NCBI GenBank assembly: GCA_051867895.1
Contig: JBJDZH010000011.1
Coordinates: 82,540 to 146,539, forward strand
Direction: 5' to 3'
DNA from: Eubacteriales bacterium
Lineage (GTDB): Bacteria > Bacillota > Clostridia > Oscillospirales > CAG-272
Length of the DNA stretch: 64,000 bases
Part shown: in pieces, positions 19,100 through 26,794 of the stretch
How positions within the stretch are numbered: position 1 is the stretch's first letter
Layout of the letters: the number at the start of each line of letters is the position of its first letter
Position numbers and translations under genes: made by a program
The notes under the pieces: model-generated
What the model saw: only the letters and a program-made list of their open reading frames with translations
The model's database searches: none
What the model was told of the DNA's origin: nothing

Positions 19100-20401
19100 T
19101 TGTCAGAAAAAAGCACAAAAAAGAAGCTGTCGCGCGGGAAGATCGTTCTGATCGCGGCGGCGGTGCTGTTATTGCTTATACTGATCCCCGCGGCGGTCAT
19201 CGTGGGGCGGCTTTGGGTAAATTACAGCACGCTTTCCTATGAAAAACACCGTCCGGTCGAACGGACGGACGAATACATCATGCCAGACTATCCCGACGTT
19301 ATCCCCGGCGCGCCGGACGCGCCGCCGGAGGACAGCTCTCTGCCCGCCGGAACGGAACCGCCGGAGACTGTGCCGCCCGCGGAGACAACGGGAGCGGCGG
19401 AAACGACGGAGCCGCCGGAAACAACGGAACCTCCGGAGACGACGGCGCCCCCGCCGCCGGCAACCTCCGGAACAGAGGCGCCCGCGACGAATCCGCCCGA
19501 AACGCTTCCCCCTGTAATCAACGATCCGCCGGGAACCTCGGCCCCCTATACGCCGCCGTCCAATCCCGACGCGTCCTTTGCCAATTCTGACAGAATCGTC
19601 AGCGTGTACGGAAAAACGCCAATCTACAAAGTCACGCAGAAGGACAAGAATGTCAAGAATATTCTCGTGCTGGGCACTGATTCACGCGACGTTACGACGG
19701 ACCGGGGACGGAGCGACACCATGATTATCGTTTCGTACAATTCCGAGAAGGGAACGGTGAAACTGACATCGCTTTTGCGCGACTCCCTGGTACCGATCGA
19801 GGGCTATGACTGGAACCGCATCAATACCGCCTACTTCTTTGGCGGCGTCGGACTCGCGGTGAATACGGTCAATCAGATCTATGATCTGGATATTCAGGAT
19901 TTTGTCGTGATCGACCTTAACGGAGCGGCGGATTTCATCGACTATATCGGCGGAGTCGACGTCACCCTCACCGCGGCGGAGGCGGAGCTGTACAGCGCTT
20001 ATACCGGCAGGAAGATTTCTGCCGGACTGAATCATATGGACTCCACGCTCGCCATGCTGCATATGCGGAACCGCAGCTCTGACAACGATTTCGGACGGAC
20101 AAGACGGCAGCGGGACGTGATTTCGGCAATTGCCGCGAAACTCATCAGTGAAAAATCCGTGTCGGAAATATACGATATCACCAATTACGCGTTTTCGCTC
20201 ATCAAAACGAATATTTCCGCCACATCGCTGGTCTCCCTTGCCGCCTCGGTTCTCTCCCATGGCGCATCCCTGAAGATTGAGACTGCCAACGTGCCGTTCA
20301 GCGACGCCTATCAGTTTGCCTGGTACAAGGGTATGTCCATCATTTCCTTTGATTTGCAGGACGCCGCGAAACGGCTCGGCGAGTTCCTGTACGATTCCTG
20401 A
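19100..20401 (+). CDS. LytR-CpsA-Psr (LCP) family glycopolymer ligase
   Basis: TTG start 7 nt after AAGGAG. TM anchor, a Pro/Thr/Glu-rich linker (TEPPETVPPAETTGAAETTEPPETTEPPETT), and the LCP core ILVLGTDSRDVTTDRGRSDTMIIVSY...LLRDSLVPI. Confidence 0.85.
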   Translation: MSEKSTKKKLSRGKIVLIAAAVLLLLILIPAAVIVGRLWVNYSTLSYEKHRPVERTDEYIMPDYPDVIPGAPDAPPEDSSLPAGTEPPETVPPAETTGAAETTEPPETTEPPETTAPPPPATSGTEAPATNPPETLPPVINDPPGTSAPYTPPSNPDASFANSDRIVSVYGKTPIYKVTQKDKNVKNILVLGTDSRDVTTDRGRSDTMIIVSYNSEKGTVKLTSLLRDSLVPIEGYDWNRINTAYFFGGVGLAVNTVNQIYDLDIQDFVVIDLNGAADFIDYIGGVDVTLTAAEAELYSAYTGRKISAGLNHMDSTLAMLHMRNRSSDNDFGRTRRQRDVISAIAAKLISEKSVSEIYDITNYAFSLIKTNISATSLVSLAASVLSHGASLKIETANVPFSDAYQFAWYKGMSIISFDLQDAAKRLGEFLYDS

Positions 20402-20407
20402 AGTCAT

Positions 20408-20450
20408 CCCCCCGCGTCCGGCTTTGCCGGACGCGGGGGGGTGTGTTTTT
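20408..20450 (+). terminator. strong intrinsic terminator ending the capsule operon
   Basis: CCCCCCGCGTCCGG / CCGGACGCGGGGGG stem with a 4-5 nt loop, followed by GTGTGTTTTT. Confidence 0.8.
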
Positions 20451-20571
20451 ATCCATTTTTCCGGGGACGGATTCCTGTTTCGCGTTTCCGCCTGCGTGCT
20501 TTTGGCGCTTCCCGTCAGCGCCAGAACGGACGGAAACGGTGGAAATATTATGAAAAACTGATGCTTTCTAC

Positions 20572-20600
20572 TTGCAAATACAAACGTTCTGTGCTACAAT
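20572..20600 (+). promoter_or_regulatory. sigma-A-type promoter of the RRE/peptide/rSAM operon
   Basis: TTGCAA (20572-20577), a 17-nt spacer, then TGcTACAAT (hexamer 20595-20600), in an AT-rich island. Confidence 0.5.
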
Positions 20601-20791
20601 AATCTATGAATATATATACTGCCGTATTGTTTCCCTCACCGGGACAGACGCTGCGCGATGGGAAGCGAAAGCGGCGGGAATCTCCGTCCGGCAGAAAGGT
20701 GGAATTTGGCTTGATGAATCAGCAGCTTCGTGCGGGACCGCAGTCTGCAGCACTCTGGCCTCCTGATTCCCTTTTTCAGGAAACCAGAGCG

Positions 20792-21139
20792 ATGACGGAC
20801 GGTGAGTTATACCAATATCTCAAGGACAGCCCCGCGCCTGCGGCACGGCTCCGTTACCGGATCCGGGACGGATACTGCGTGCGTGATTTCTGCGGCGAAA
20901 CCCTTGTGATCCCCGTCAGCGGAGAAGCGATCGCCGGACAGCAGATGGCGATCCTGAGCCCGGGCGGCAGGCTTCTCTGGGACAGGCTGCAAAGCGCGCA
21001 GACCTTTGCGGATCTGCTGCTTGCCCTGCTCAGCGAATACGAGGTCGAGCGGGAAACCGCCGCGGCGGATATCCATGAATTTCTCTCAGAGCTGGATTCT
21101 CATAAATATCTGATGGTTGAAAAGGAGCCGGAAAGATGA
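20792..21139 (+). CDS. PqqD-family protein (RiPP recognition element-type peptide chaperone)
   Basis: RYRIRDGYCVRDFCGETLVIPVSGEAIAGQQMAILSPGGRLLWDRLQSAQTFADLLLALLSEYEVERETAAADIHEFLSELDSHKYL fits the PF05402 pattern. The start is uncertain; in-frame ATGs also occur at 20714 and 20606. Confidence 0.8.
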   Translation: MTDGELYQYLKDSPAPAARLRYRIRDGYCVRDFCGETLVIPVSGEAIAGQQMAILSPGGRLLWDRLQSAQTFADLLLALLSEYEVERETAAADIHEFLSELDSHKYLMVEKEPER

Positions 21140-24100
21140 AGAAACGTTTCTGTGCAATACTGATGACTGCCGCCACACTGTTTGCGGCGCTGCCCACGGT
21201 CAGTTTACCGGCGCGCGCGGCAACAGTCTACAGTGACAGCGACGCAGAATATGTATCTCTGCCTGTCACCATCCGCGACTACGCGGGCGACGGCATGCTG
21301 TTTGAGTGGAACGAGCTGGGTAATACCGGCGATCAGACAATCGGCGGCTCCACCGTGCTTCCCATTGTGAAGCATACCACGCAGGCAGGCGGCGGCGCGT
21401 ATACTGCCACGGCGGGCGACGGCTATGTCCGCTATACGTCTACCTCCACTGGTATATACATCACCTATACGATAAGCGGCGGCTATACCCGTACCCAGAT
21501 GCGCTATGCTGTGGTGAAATACCGCACTAATGGTGGTTATACTTCTCAGCCTACCATCGGTCATCGGTGGAACAATGGCGGAAACAATAATTATGTGAAT
21601 TTCCCGACAGACGGATACAATCAGCCTGAGTTCAAGACTGTCATCAAAGATTTGGGAGAGGGCAGCGATACAGTATCGCATGTGACCATCTATCCCCGTC
21701 TCGCTTCCGGCAACTATATCGATATCGCGGAGATCGCGTTTTTCTCCAGTTTGTCGGATGCGAATAGCTATGCCAGCGGTACGGTAACAGGCGGCGATGT
21801 CTACCATCACGGCAGCACAAGGGGCTACGGTCTGCTGCAGACTGTTGCTGCGGATCATTTCAACGATTTGACGGACAGTGCCGCTATCTCCGGCACGACG
21901 CTTACGGAGAACGGCACATGGAACTCTGCGGAGGTAACGACCAGTACCACCACGCTGAACAGCGGTGCGCTCCAGACACTGTACGGCTGCTATGTCCGTA
22001 CCGATCTGGTTGAGCCGAAGCTGGGCGCCAACGGCAAGCCTGTCTATACCGAGGCGGCTGTCGCCTATCTGGCAAACTATATGGCGAAGACGCTTCCTGT
22101 GGCATGGCAGAATGTCGACGGCACCTACAATATGTGGTACGTCATGGGTACCAAGCTCTTTAACGACAGCAATGTTTTTGTGGGCACGGGCGGCACCGCC
22201 ACCAGAGACCTGGCGACCGTTCTGCGCAGCATCATCACCGGCGGTCTCGGCAGCTACGCGGAGACAAAGGCAAAAACGCTCAGTCAGGTCACGGACTGCA
22301 CCACTTATTTTGACGCGGCATATTTCCTGCTGCACAACACCTTTACGGACAATCCCGGCTACGGCGTGACGGTGCCCGAATACCGGACCGTCAATCTGGT
22401 CAAGAAAACGGTGGACGGAAAGTCCTATTACGTTTACAATTCCGCCTTTGACGGCACGGTATATGACACGACAAACGGCGTGATCTACAATTCGCAGACG
22501 GATACCATCACGACCCGGGAAGGTACTACATACGTTCGCGGCAATTTGCAGCCGGAGAGCCGCTTTGACCCGATCGGCGCACTCGGCAGCGGTGCGTACT
22601 ACGGCTTGAACGGCAACCCATACGTAAGTATTGTCGGGAATGCCAGTGTGCTCAACTATTACAACAAAACCAACTACAACCTGACCCTCGAAGGACACGC
22701 CCAGTTTATCTTCTACGAGGATGACGATCTGTACTTCAACTTCACCGGCGACGACGACGTGTACCTGTACATCAACGGTGTGCGCGTGCTGGACATGGGC
22801 GGCGCGCACGCGATCTCGAAGTGCGGCATCTCTCTGAATAGTGTCAAGGATCTCTGCGGTCTGAAGGACGGCGAGGTGTACGACTTCGACTTCTTCTACA
22901 TGGAGCGGCACGGTACCGCTGCGAACTTCGGTTTGGAGACCAATATCAAGATCGTGGATCCGTCCATGCTGACCAAAAAGAACGCGTACCAGAAGGGAAC
23001 GAACGTCGGAAACTTCGGATACGTCGATCCGAGCATTCCTGTGTCCTATGGATTTGCACTGACCAATAACGGCGAAGCGAAAATTGAGGAGCTGACCTTC
23101 CGGGATAACGACATCGGTGTATATCTGACGAAGGATGCCATCGCTCTGAACAGCGAGACCAACATCCTGCAGCTTTCCGCCCGGGTGACCGATAAGGACG
23201 GCAAGGAGAAAGTCTCCTATGCCGCCGGGAATCTGACGGAGGATATCCTGAAGCAGCTGCTGCTCGCGGGACTGGAGATCGGAGATACCATTGAGATCGC
23301 CGGCTTCCAGTATACGATCCCCACTGCCGCGTGGACGGATGAAAAATTCACGAACACGGTTTACACAACGGCGATCTCCTATGGCAACAACGCTTCGCAC
23401 CGGACGCTGAACGGACTTGCCTCCTGCACCGTGCAGCAGCAGGAGTATTCTTTTGAGCATCTCCACTTCTATGAATGGGTGGGTAAAGGCGTGACTGTCA
23501 CAAAGGATGAGCTGATCGCCGCCGTAATACAGGCGGGCGTTGCGAATCCGGGCACGACTGTCCAGCTCTGCTCTCCCTCCGGCAATACGAGCGATGCGGG
23601 TATCAATCCCCGCGCCGCGTATACGGAAGGCGGCGGTATCAAGTACACCGGCGTTGTGACCGGCGCGGACACGTATTACTATAAGGTAGGCATTTACGGT
23701 CCCGTCGCCGTCACGATATACAGCTACGACGTGGCGGACAATGTGTACGTTCTGGACTACGGTCTGCCGGTGGAGCTGAACGGTCAGGATTTCGGCCTGC
23801 TTGTCAATGATACGCTGACGCTCATCGACAATCCCTATGCGACTACTGCGAGTACGGTGGGCATTACCAGCTCAACCACCAACTACGGCATGTTCAGCTG
23901 GAATGCGCCGTCGCTGAAATATACCCTGACCAACTTCATGAATGGTGAGGATAACGCACTTGTCACCGTGCAGGTGCTTGAGAACGGCGCGACAGAGCTG
24001 ACAAAGGCCACCGGTGTGCTGATGGAGGAGACGGTGCGTGTCATTCCCGCCAATGTGGTGTACTATGAGGACGATTTCGCCGGCATTACCTATATCGGCA

Positions 24101-25692
24101 CGGATAAGAACGGCTGGGTGCAGTACCGCTCCGAGGATTCATACGGTAATGAACAGAGCGCGGATCAGGACAGCTCCTACGGCTCCGATCCGAACTATGC
24201 AGCGGACAAGAAAACGACCTACACGACGCTGACGCTGGATACCAGCAACCTGAACACGTTCCAGACGGACGCCATCAACTACCTGAACAGTTATCTCGGA
24301 CTGATCGAAGGCGACGCCTCCAACGGAACGCTCAGCGGACTGGTCGTTAAGGAAACGGAGGATGTCCTGAGCTTTGAGTTCTGTGGTACCGGCTTTGAGA
24401 TTGTCAGCCGCACGACTCAGTACGATTACGCTGTCGTCTCCGTCAAGGTGGAGCGCAGGAACGCGGATGGCACCTATACCGTTGTCCGGCAGTTCCCGGT
24501 CATCACCGAAAGCAAGGGCGGCGATCTGTATCAGGTGCCGATCATCTCTGTCACCGGTCTGGAGCGCTCCGCGTACCGGGTCACGCTGAGTGCCTTCGGC
24601 AGCACGGCTACCAAAACGCGCGTACTCTATATCGACGGTGTACGCATCTATGAGCCGATCCAGGGACTGGACGAGGTGCGCTATTACAACGCGGACGAAC
24701 AGAATGCGGTATTCCTTGAGGTCAAGTCCCTGATCCAGAATGGTCAGGCGATTTATGCGGATATCTCTGATACGGACGGCGGCACAATTCTCGGGTCCGG
24801 CACGACGGTAATCGAAACGACGGACGATAGCGGATTGGTGTTGAGGAAAGCAACGAGCGTCGATGAGTACATGACATTCGGACCGAACAACGAACTGTAT
24901 CTGAACGGTTTTTTCACTACGCCAGTTCTTGCACTGTACCTTTATCCCGACAGCACGGTACCGGAGAGCGCCCGCACCGTTGAGATCGGCGCGCATCGCA
25001 AGGCAGATTCGTTATTCTACGACAATAGTCCTGCCACTCTTGTGTATGGCAGCACGGCAGCGGACATTCTGGAAATGACGCACGTGTATACCGTTTCCAG
25101 CGGGACGGAGCAGTATTATGAACTGAACGTAGAGAATCTTGTCCAGGATGAAAAAAACCGCTACCTGCTTCTGGTCGGCACGAACGAAAAAGAGGCCTCG
25201 AGTTTGAAATCACTGGCGCTGACGAACCTGAAGGTCAGCGGCTACAGCGTCAGACTGGTCGAGCCGGAGACAGCGGATGCCGCCGCGGCGAACGACCTCG
25301 CTGCAAGTCCGGCTGTGGCTGCCGTCATGTCCCTGCGCAGTCTCAGAGCCGCCTCGATGCCGAAGCCCGAGGAGCCTGTCGTTCCGGTGAATGAAAATCT
25401 GACGGTCACCTCTGCGGCTTTGATGGCGGACAACGTTGTTTCCGGCAAGTTTGCGATAGCTGCGGTTAAGGCAGGCGCGGACGCCGTGAAGCTGACGGTA
25501 GTGGACGCCGCCGGCAATGAAGTGGAGCTCGCCCGCAGCGCCTCAACGACAAAGGATGGTGTAGTCACCTTCCAGGCGATGTGGAAGGTCACCGGCAGCC
25601 GCGGTGATGTGCTTCGCTTTACTGTTCGCGTCTATGATGCAGACGGACTCGCCTCCGTCAATACGATGGACGTCACCGTCACGATCAAATAA
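21136..25692 (+). CDS. 1518-aa secreted protein with fibro-slime/PA14-like domain
   Basis: Signal peptide MKKRFCAILMTAATLFAALPTVSLPARA. The fibro-slime motif is FNFTGDDDVYLYINGVRVLDMGGAHA...DFDFFYMERHGTAANFGLETNI (about 22678-22950). AAAGGAG RBS, and the ATG overlaps the PqqD stop (ATGA). Confidence 0.75.
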   Translation: MKKRFCAILMTAATLFAALPTVSLPARAATVYSDSDAEYVSLPVTIRDYAGDGMLFEWNELGNTGDQTIGGSTVLPIVKHTTQAGGGAYTATAGDGYVRYTSTSTGIYITYTISGGYTRTQMRYAVVKYRTNGGYTSQPTIGHRWNNGGNNNYVNFPTDGYNQPEFKTVIKDLGEGSDTVSHVTIYPRLASGNYIDIAEIAFFSSLSDANSYASGTVTGGDVYHHGSTRGYGLLQTVAADHFNDLTDSAAISGTTLTENGTWNSAEVTTSTTTLNSGALQTLYGCYVRTDLVEPKLGANGKPVYTEAAVAYLANYMAKTLPVAWQNVDGTYNMWYVMGTKLFNDSNVFVGTGGTATRDLATVLRSIITGGLGSYAETKAKTLSQVTDCTTYFDAAYFLLHNTFTDNPGYGVTVPEYRTVNLVKKTVDGKSYYVYNSAFDGTVYDTTNGVIYNSQTDTITTREGTTYVRGNLQPESRFDPIGALGSGAYYGLNGNPYVSIVGNASVLNYYNKTNYNLTLEGHAQFIFYEDDDLYFNFTGDDDVYLYINGVRVLDMGGAHAISKCGISLNSVKDLCGLKDGEVYDFDFFYMERHGTAANFGLETNIKIVDPSMLTKKNAYQKGTNVGNFGYVDPSIPVSYGFALTNNGEAKIEELTFRDNDIGVYLTKDAIALNSETNILQLSARVTDKDGKEKVSYAAGNLTEDILKQLLLAGLEIGDTIEIAGFQYTIPTAAWTDEKFTNTVYTTAISYGNNASHRTLNGLASCTVQQQEYSFEHLHFYEWVGKGVTVTKDELIAAVIQAGVANPGTTVQLCSPSGNTSDAGINPRAAYTEGGGIKYTGVVTGADTYYYKVGIYGPVAVTIYSYDVADNVYVLDYGLPVELNGQDFGLLVNDTLTLIDNPYATTASTVGITSSTTNYGMFSWNAPSLKYTLTNFMNGEDNALVTVQVLENGATELTKATGVLMEETVRVIPANVVYYEDDFAGITYIGTDKNGWVQYRSEDSYGNEQSADQDSSYGSDPNYAADKKTTYTTLTLDTSNLNTFQTDAINYLNSYLGLIEGDASNGTLSGLVVKETEDVLSFEFCGTGFEIVSRTTQYDYAVVSVKVERRNADGTYTVVRQFPVITESKGGDLYQVPIISVTGLERSAYRVTLSAFGSTATKTRVLYIDGVRIYEPIQGLDEVRYYNADEQNAVFLEVKSLIQNGQAIYADISDTDGGTILGSGTTVIETTDDSGLVLRKATSVDEYMTFGPNNELYLNGFFTTPVLALYLYPDSTVPESARTVEIGAHRKADSLFYDNSPATLVYGSTAADILEMTHVYTVSSGTEQYYELNVENLVQDEKNRYLLLVGTNEKEASSLKSLALTNLKVSGYSVRLVEPETADAAAANDLAASPAVAAVMSLRSLRAASMPKPEEPVVPVNENLTVTSAALMADNVVSGKFAIAAVKAGADAVKLTVVDAAGNEVELARSASTTKDGVVTFQAMWKVTGSRGDVLRFTVRVYDADGLASVNTMDVTVTIK

Positions 25693-25704
25693 GGAGCGCG
25701 GAAT

Positions 25705-25923
25705 ATGAAAAAGCCATACAGCAAACCGCAGATTGCAGTGGAGACCGTCCGGCTCGACCATCCGGTCGCAGGCGGATGCATCGCGGATTTTGAGGATGTG
25801 AACGCTCTTGTGGGGATGGGCTACTTCGGGGACGATATGGGTTGTAAAACGGAGTGGATCGACAACGGCAACCACGATACCATCTGCTATCACAGCAATG
25901 TTCAGGTTGCGTTTCTCTCCTGA
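25705..25923 (+). CDS. 72-aa Cys-containing small protein; candidate RiPP precursor
   Basis: AAGGAG lies 7 nt upstream. The sequence is MKKPYSKPQIAVETVRLDHPVAGGCIADFEDVNALVGMGYFGDDMGCKTEWIDNGNHDTICYHSNVQVAFLS. It sits 9 nt from the next gene and carries YxxPxI, GG, three Cys and a C-terminal Ser. Confidence 0.5.
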   Translation: MKKPYSKPQIAVETVRLDHPVAGGCIADFEDVNALVGMGYFGDDMGCKTEWIDNGNHDTICYHSNVQVAFLS

Positions 25924-25931
25924 CCGGAACC

Positions 25932-26759
25932 ATGGCGGTGTTTGAAGCGGAGCTGCAGATCGCCGGGATGACCTTCCGCATAGACGCCCCCTTCCGCATC
26001 ACTCTGCCGGAGTCCTTCCGTCCGTTTCAGCGGACGGAAGGAGCGTCCGGCGAAATTGACTGTCAGATCACGGTTCATGTCGGCAGCATGTCGGATTTTG
26101 CCGTCAGAAATACGGATATCGTGCAGAAGTACCACTGGAGAGACGCGGAATATGTCGTGCGGGTGGAGTCCCCAGGACGCCCGGACGAGATCCGCCTCTT
26201 TATTCCCGAGGCGTACGCGGAGAGCTTTGCGCGCAGCGCGAACTGGCTTCTCTACCTCGCGCCGGAGCGTGCGCTTCTGCGCGGAGGACGGATCGTTCTG
26301 CACGCGTCGGCGGTCGTCCGGAACGGGCAGGCGGTCGTTTTCACTGCGCCGTCCGGCGGGGGCAAATCCACGCAGGCGCAGCTGTGGCAGAAGTACCTTC
26401 ATGCCGAGCCGATGAACGGGGACAAGATCGTTCTCTATGCGGCGGGGGACGCCCTGATCGCCAGCGGAAGCCCGATTGCGGGCAGCTCCGGGATCTATCG
26501 GGATCTGCAGGCGCCGGTGCGGACCATCGTCCGCCTGGAGAAAGCGCCGTTCAACCGGCTCACGCCGCTGTCCGCGCGCGAGTCACTTCTGCTTCTCTAC
26601 GGAGAGGCGGTAAAGAGCCGCTGGGACGAACGCTTCAATCAGAGACTGCTCTCCGCTCTGGAACCCATGACCGCTCTGACCGAGTATTACAGATTTTCCT
26701 GCCTTCCGGAGCCGAGCGCGGCTGACTGCCTGCTTCGCCGGATAGAGAACCCTTCATAA
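25932..26759 (+). CDS. HPr-kinase-like P-loop protein (HprK C-terminal-domain homologue)
   Basis: LHASAVVRNGQAVVFTAPSGGGKSTQAQLW, with the P-loop at 26349-26372. No clear RBS, so the start is uncertain. Confidence 0.65.
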   Translation: MAVFEAELQIAGMTFRIDAPFRITLPESFRPFQRTEGASGEIDCQITVHVGSMSDFAVRNTDIVQKYHWRDAEYVVRVESPGRPDEIRLFIPEAYAESFARSANWLLYLAPERALLRGGRIVLHASAVVRNGQAVVFTAPSGGGKSTQAQLWQKYLHAEPMNGDKIVLYAAGDALIASGSPIAGSSGIYRDLQAPVRTIVRLEKAPFNRLTPLSARESLLLLYGEAVKSRWDERFNQRLLSALEPMTALTEYYRFSCLPEPSAADCLLRRIENPS

Positions 26760-26794
26760 ACCGGAATTCAAAATTGAATTGAGGACAATTGACC

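Noticed and set aside
20606-20791. N-terminal 62-aa extension of the PqqD ORF (MNIYTAVLF...), and the 64-aa TTG ORF at 20572-20766.
   Set aside because: The extension starts right at or inside the predicted promoter's -10 region, lacks an RBS, and is not part of the PqqD fold. It is kept only as an alternative start in the leader finding.
20601-20791. Possible c-di-GMP or other known riboswitch in the leader of the RRE operon.
   Set aside because: I could not find the conserved GEMM-I/II cores or any other riboswitch signature I know. It is left as an unclassified leader only.
21205-23466. 753-aa minus-strand ORF inside the fibro-slime gene.
   Set aside because: It is an antisense shadow ORF. 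The plus-strand frame has a signal peptide, an RBS, translational coupling and a known domain motif.
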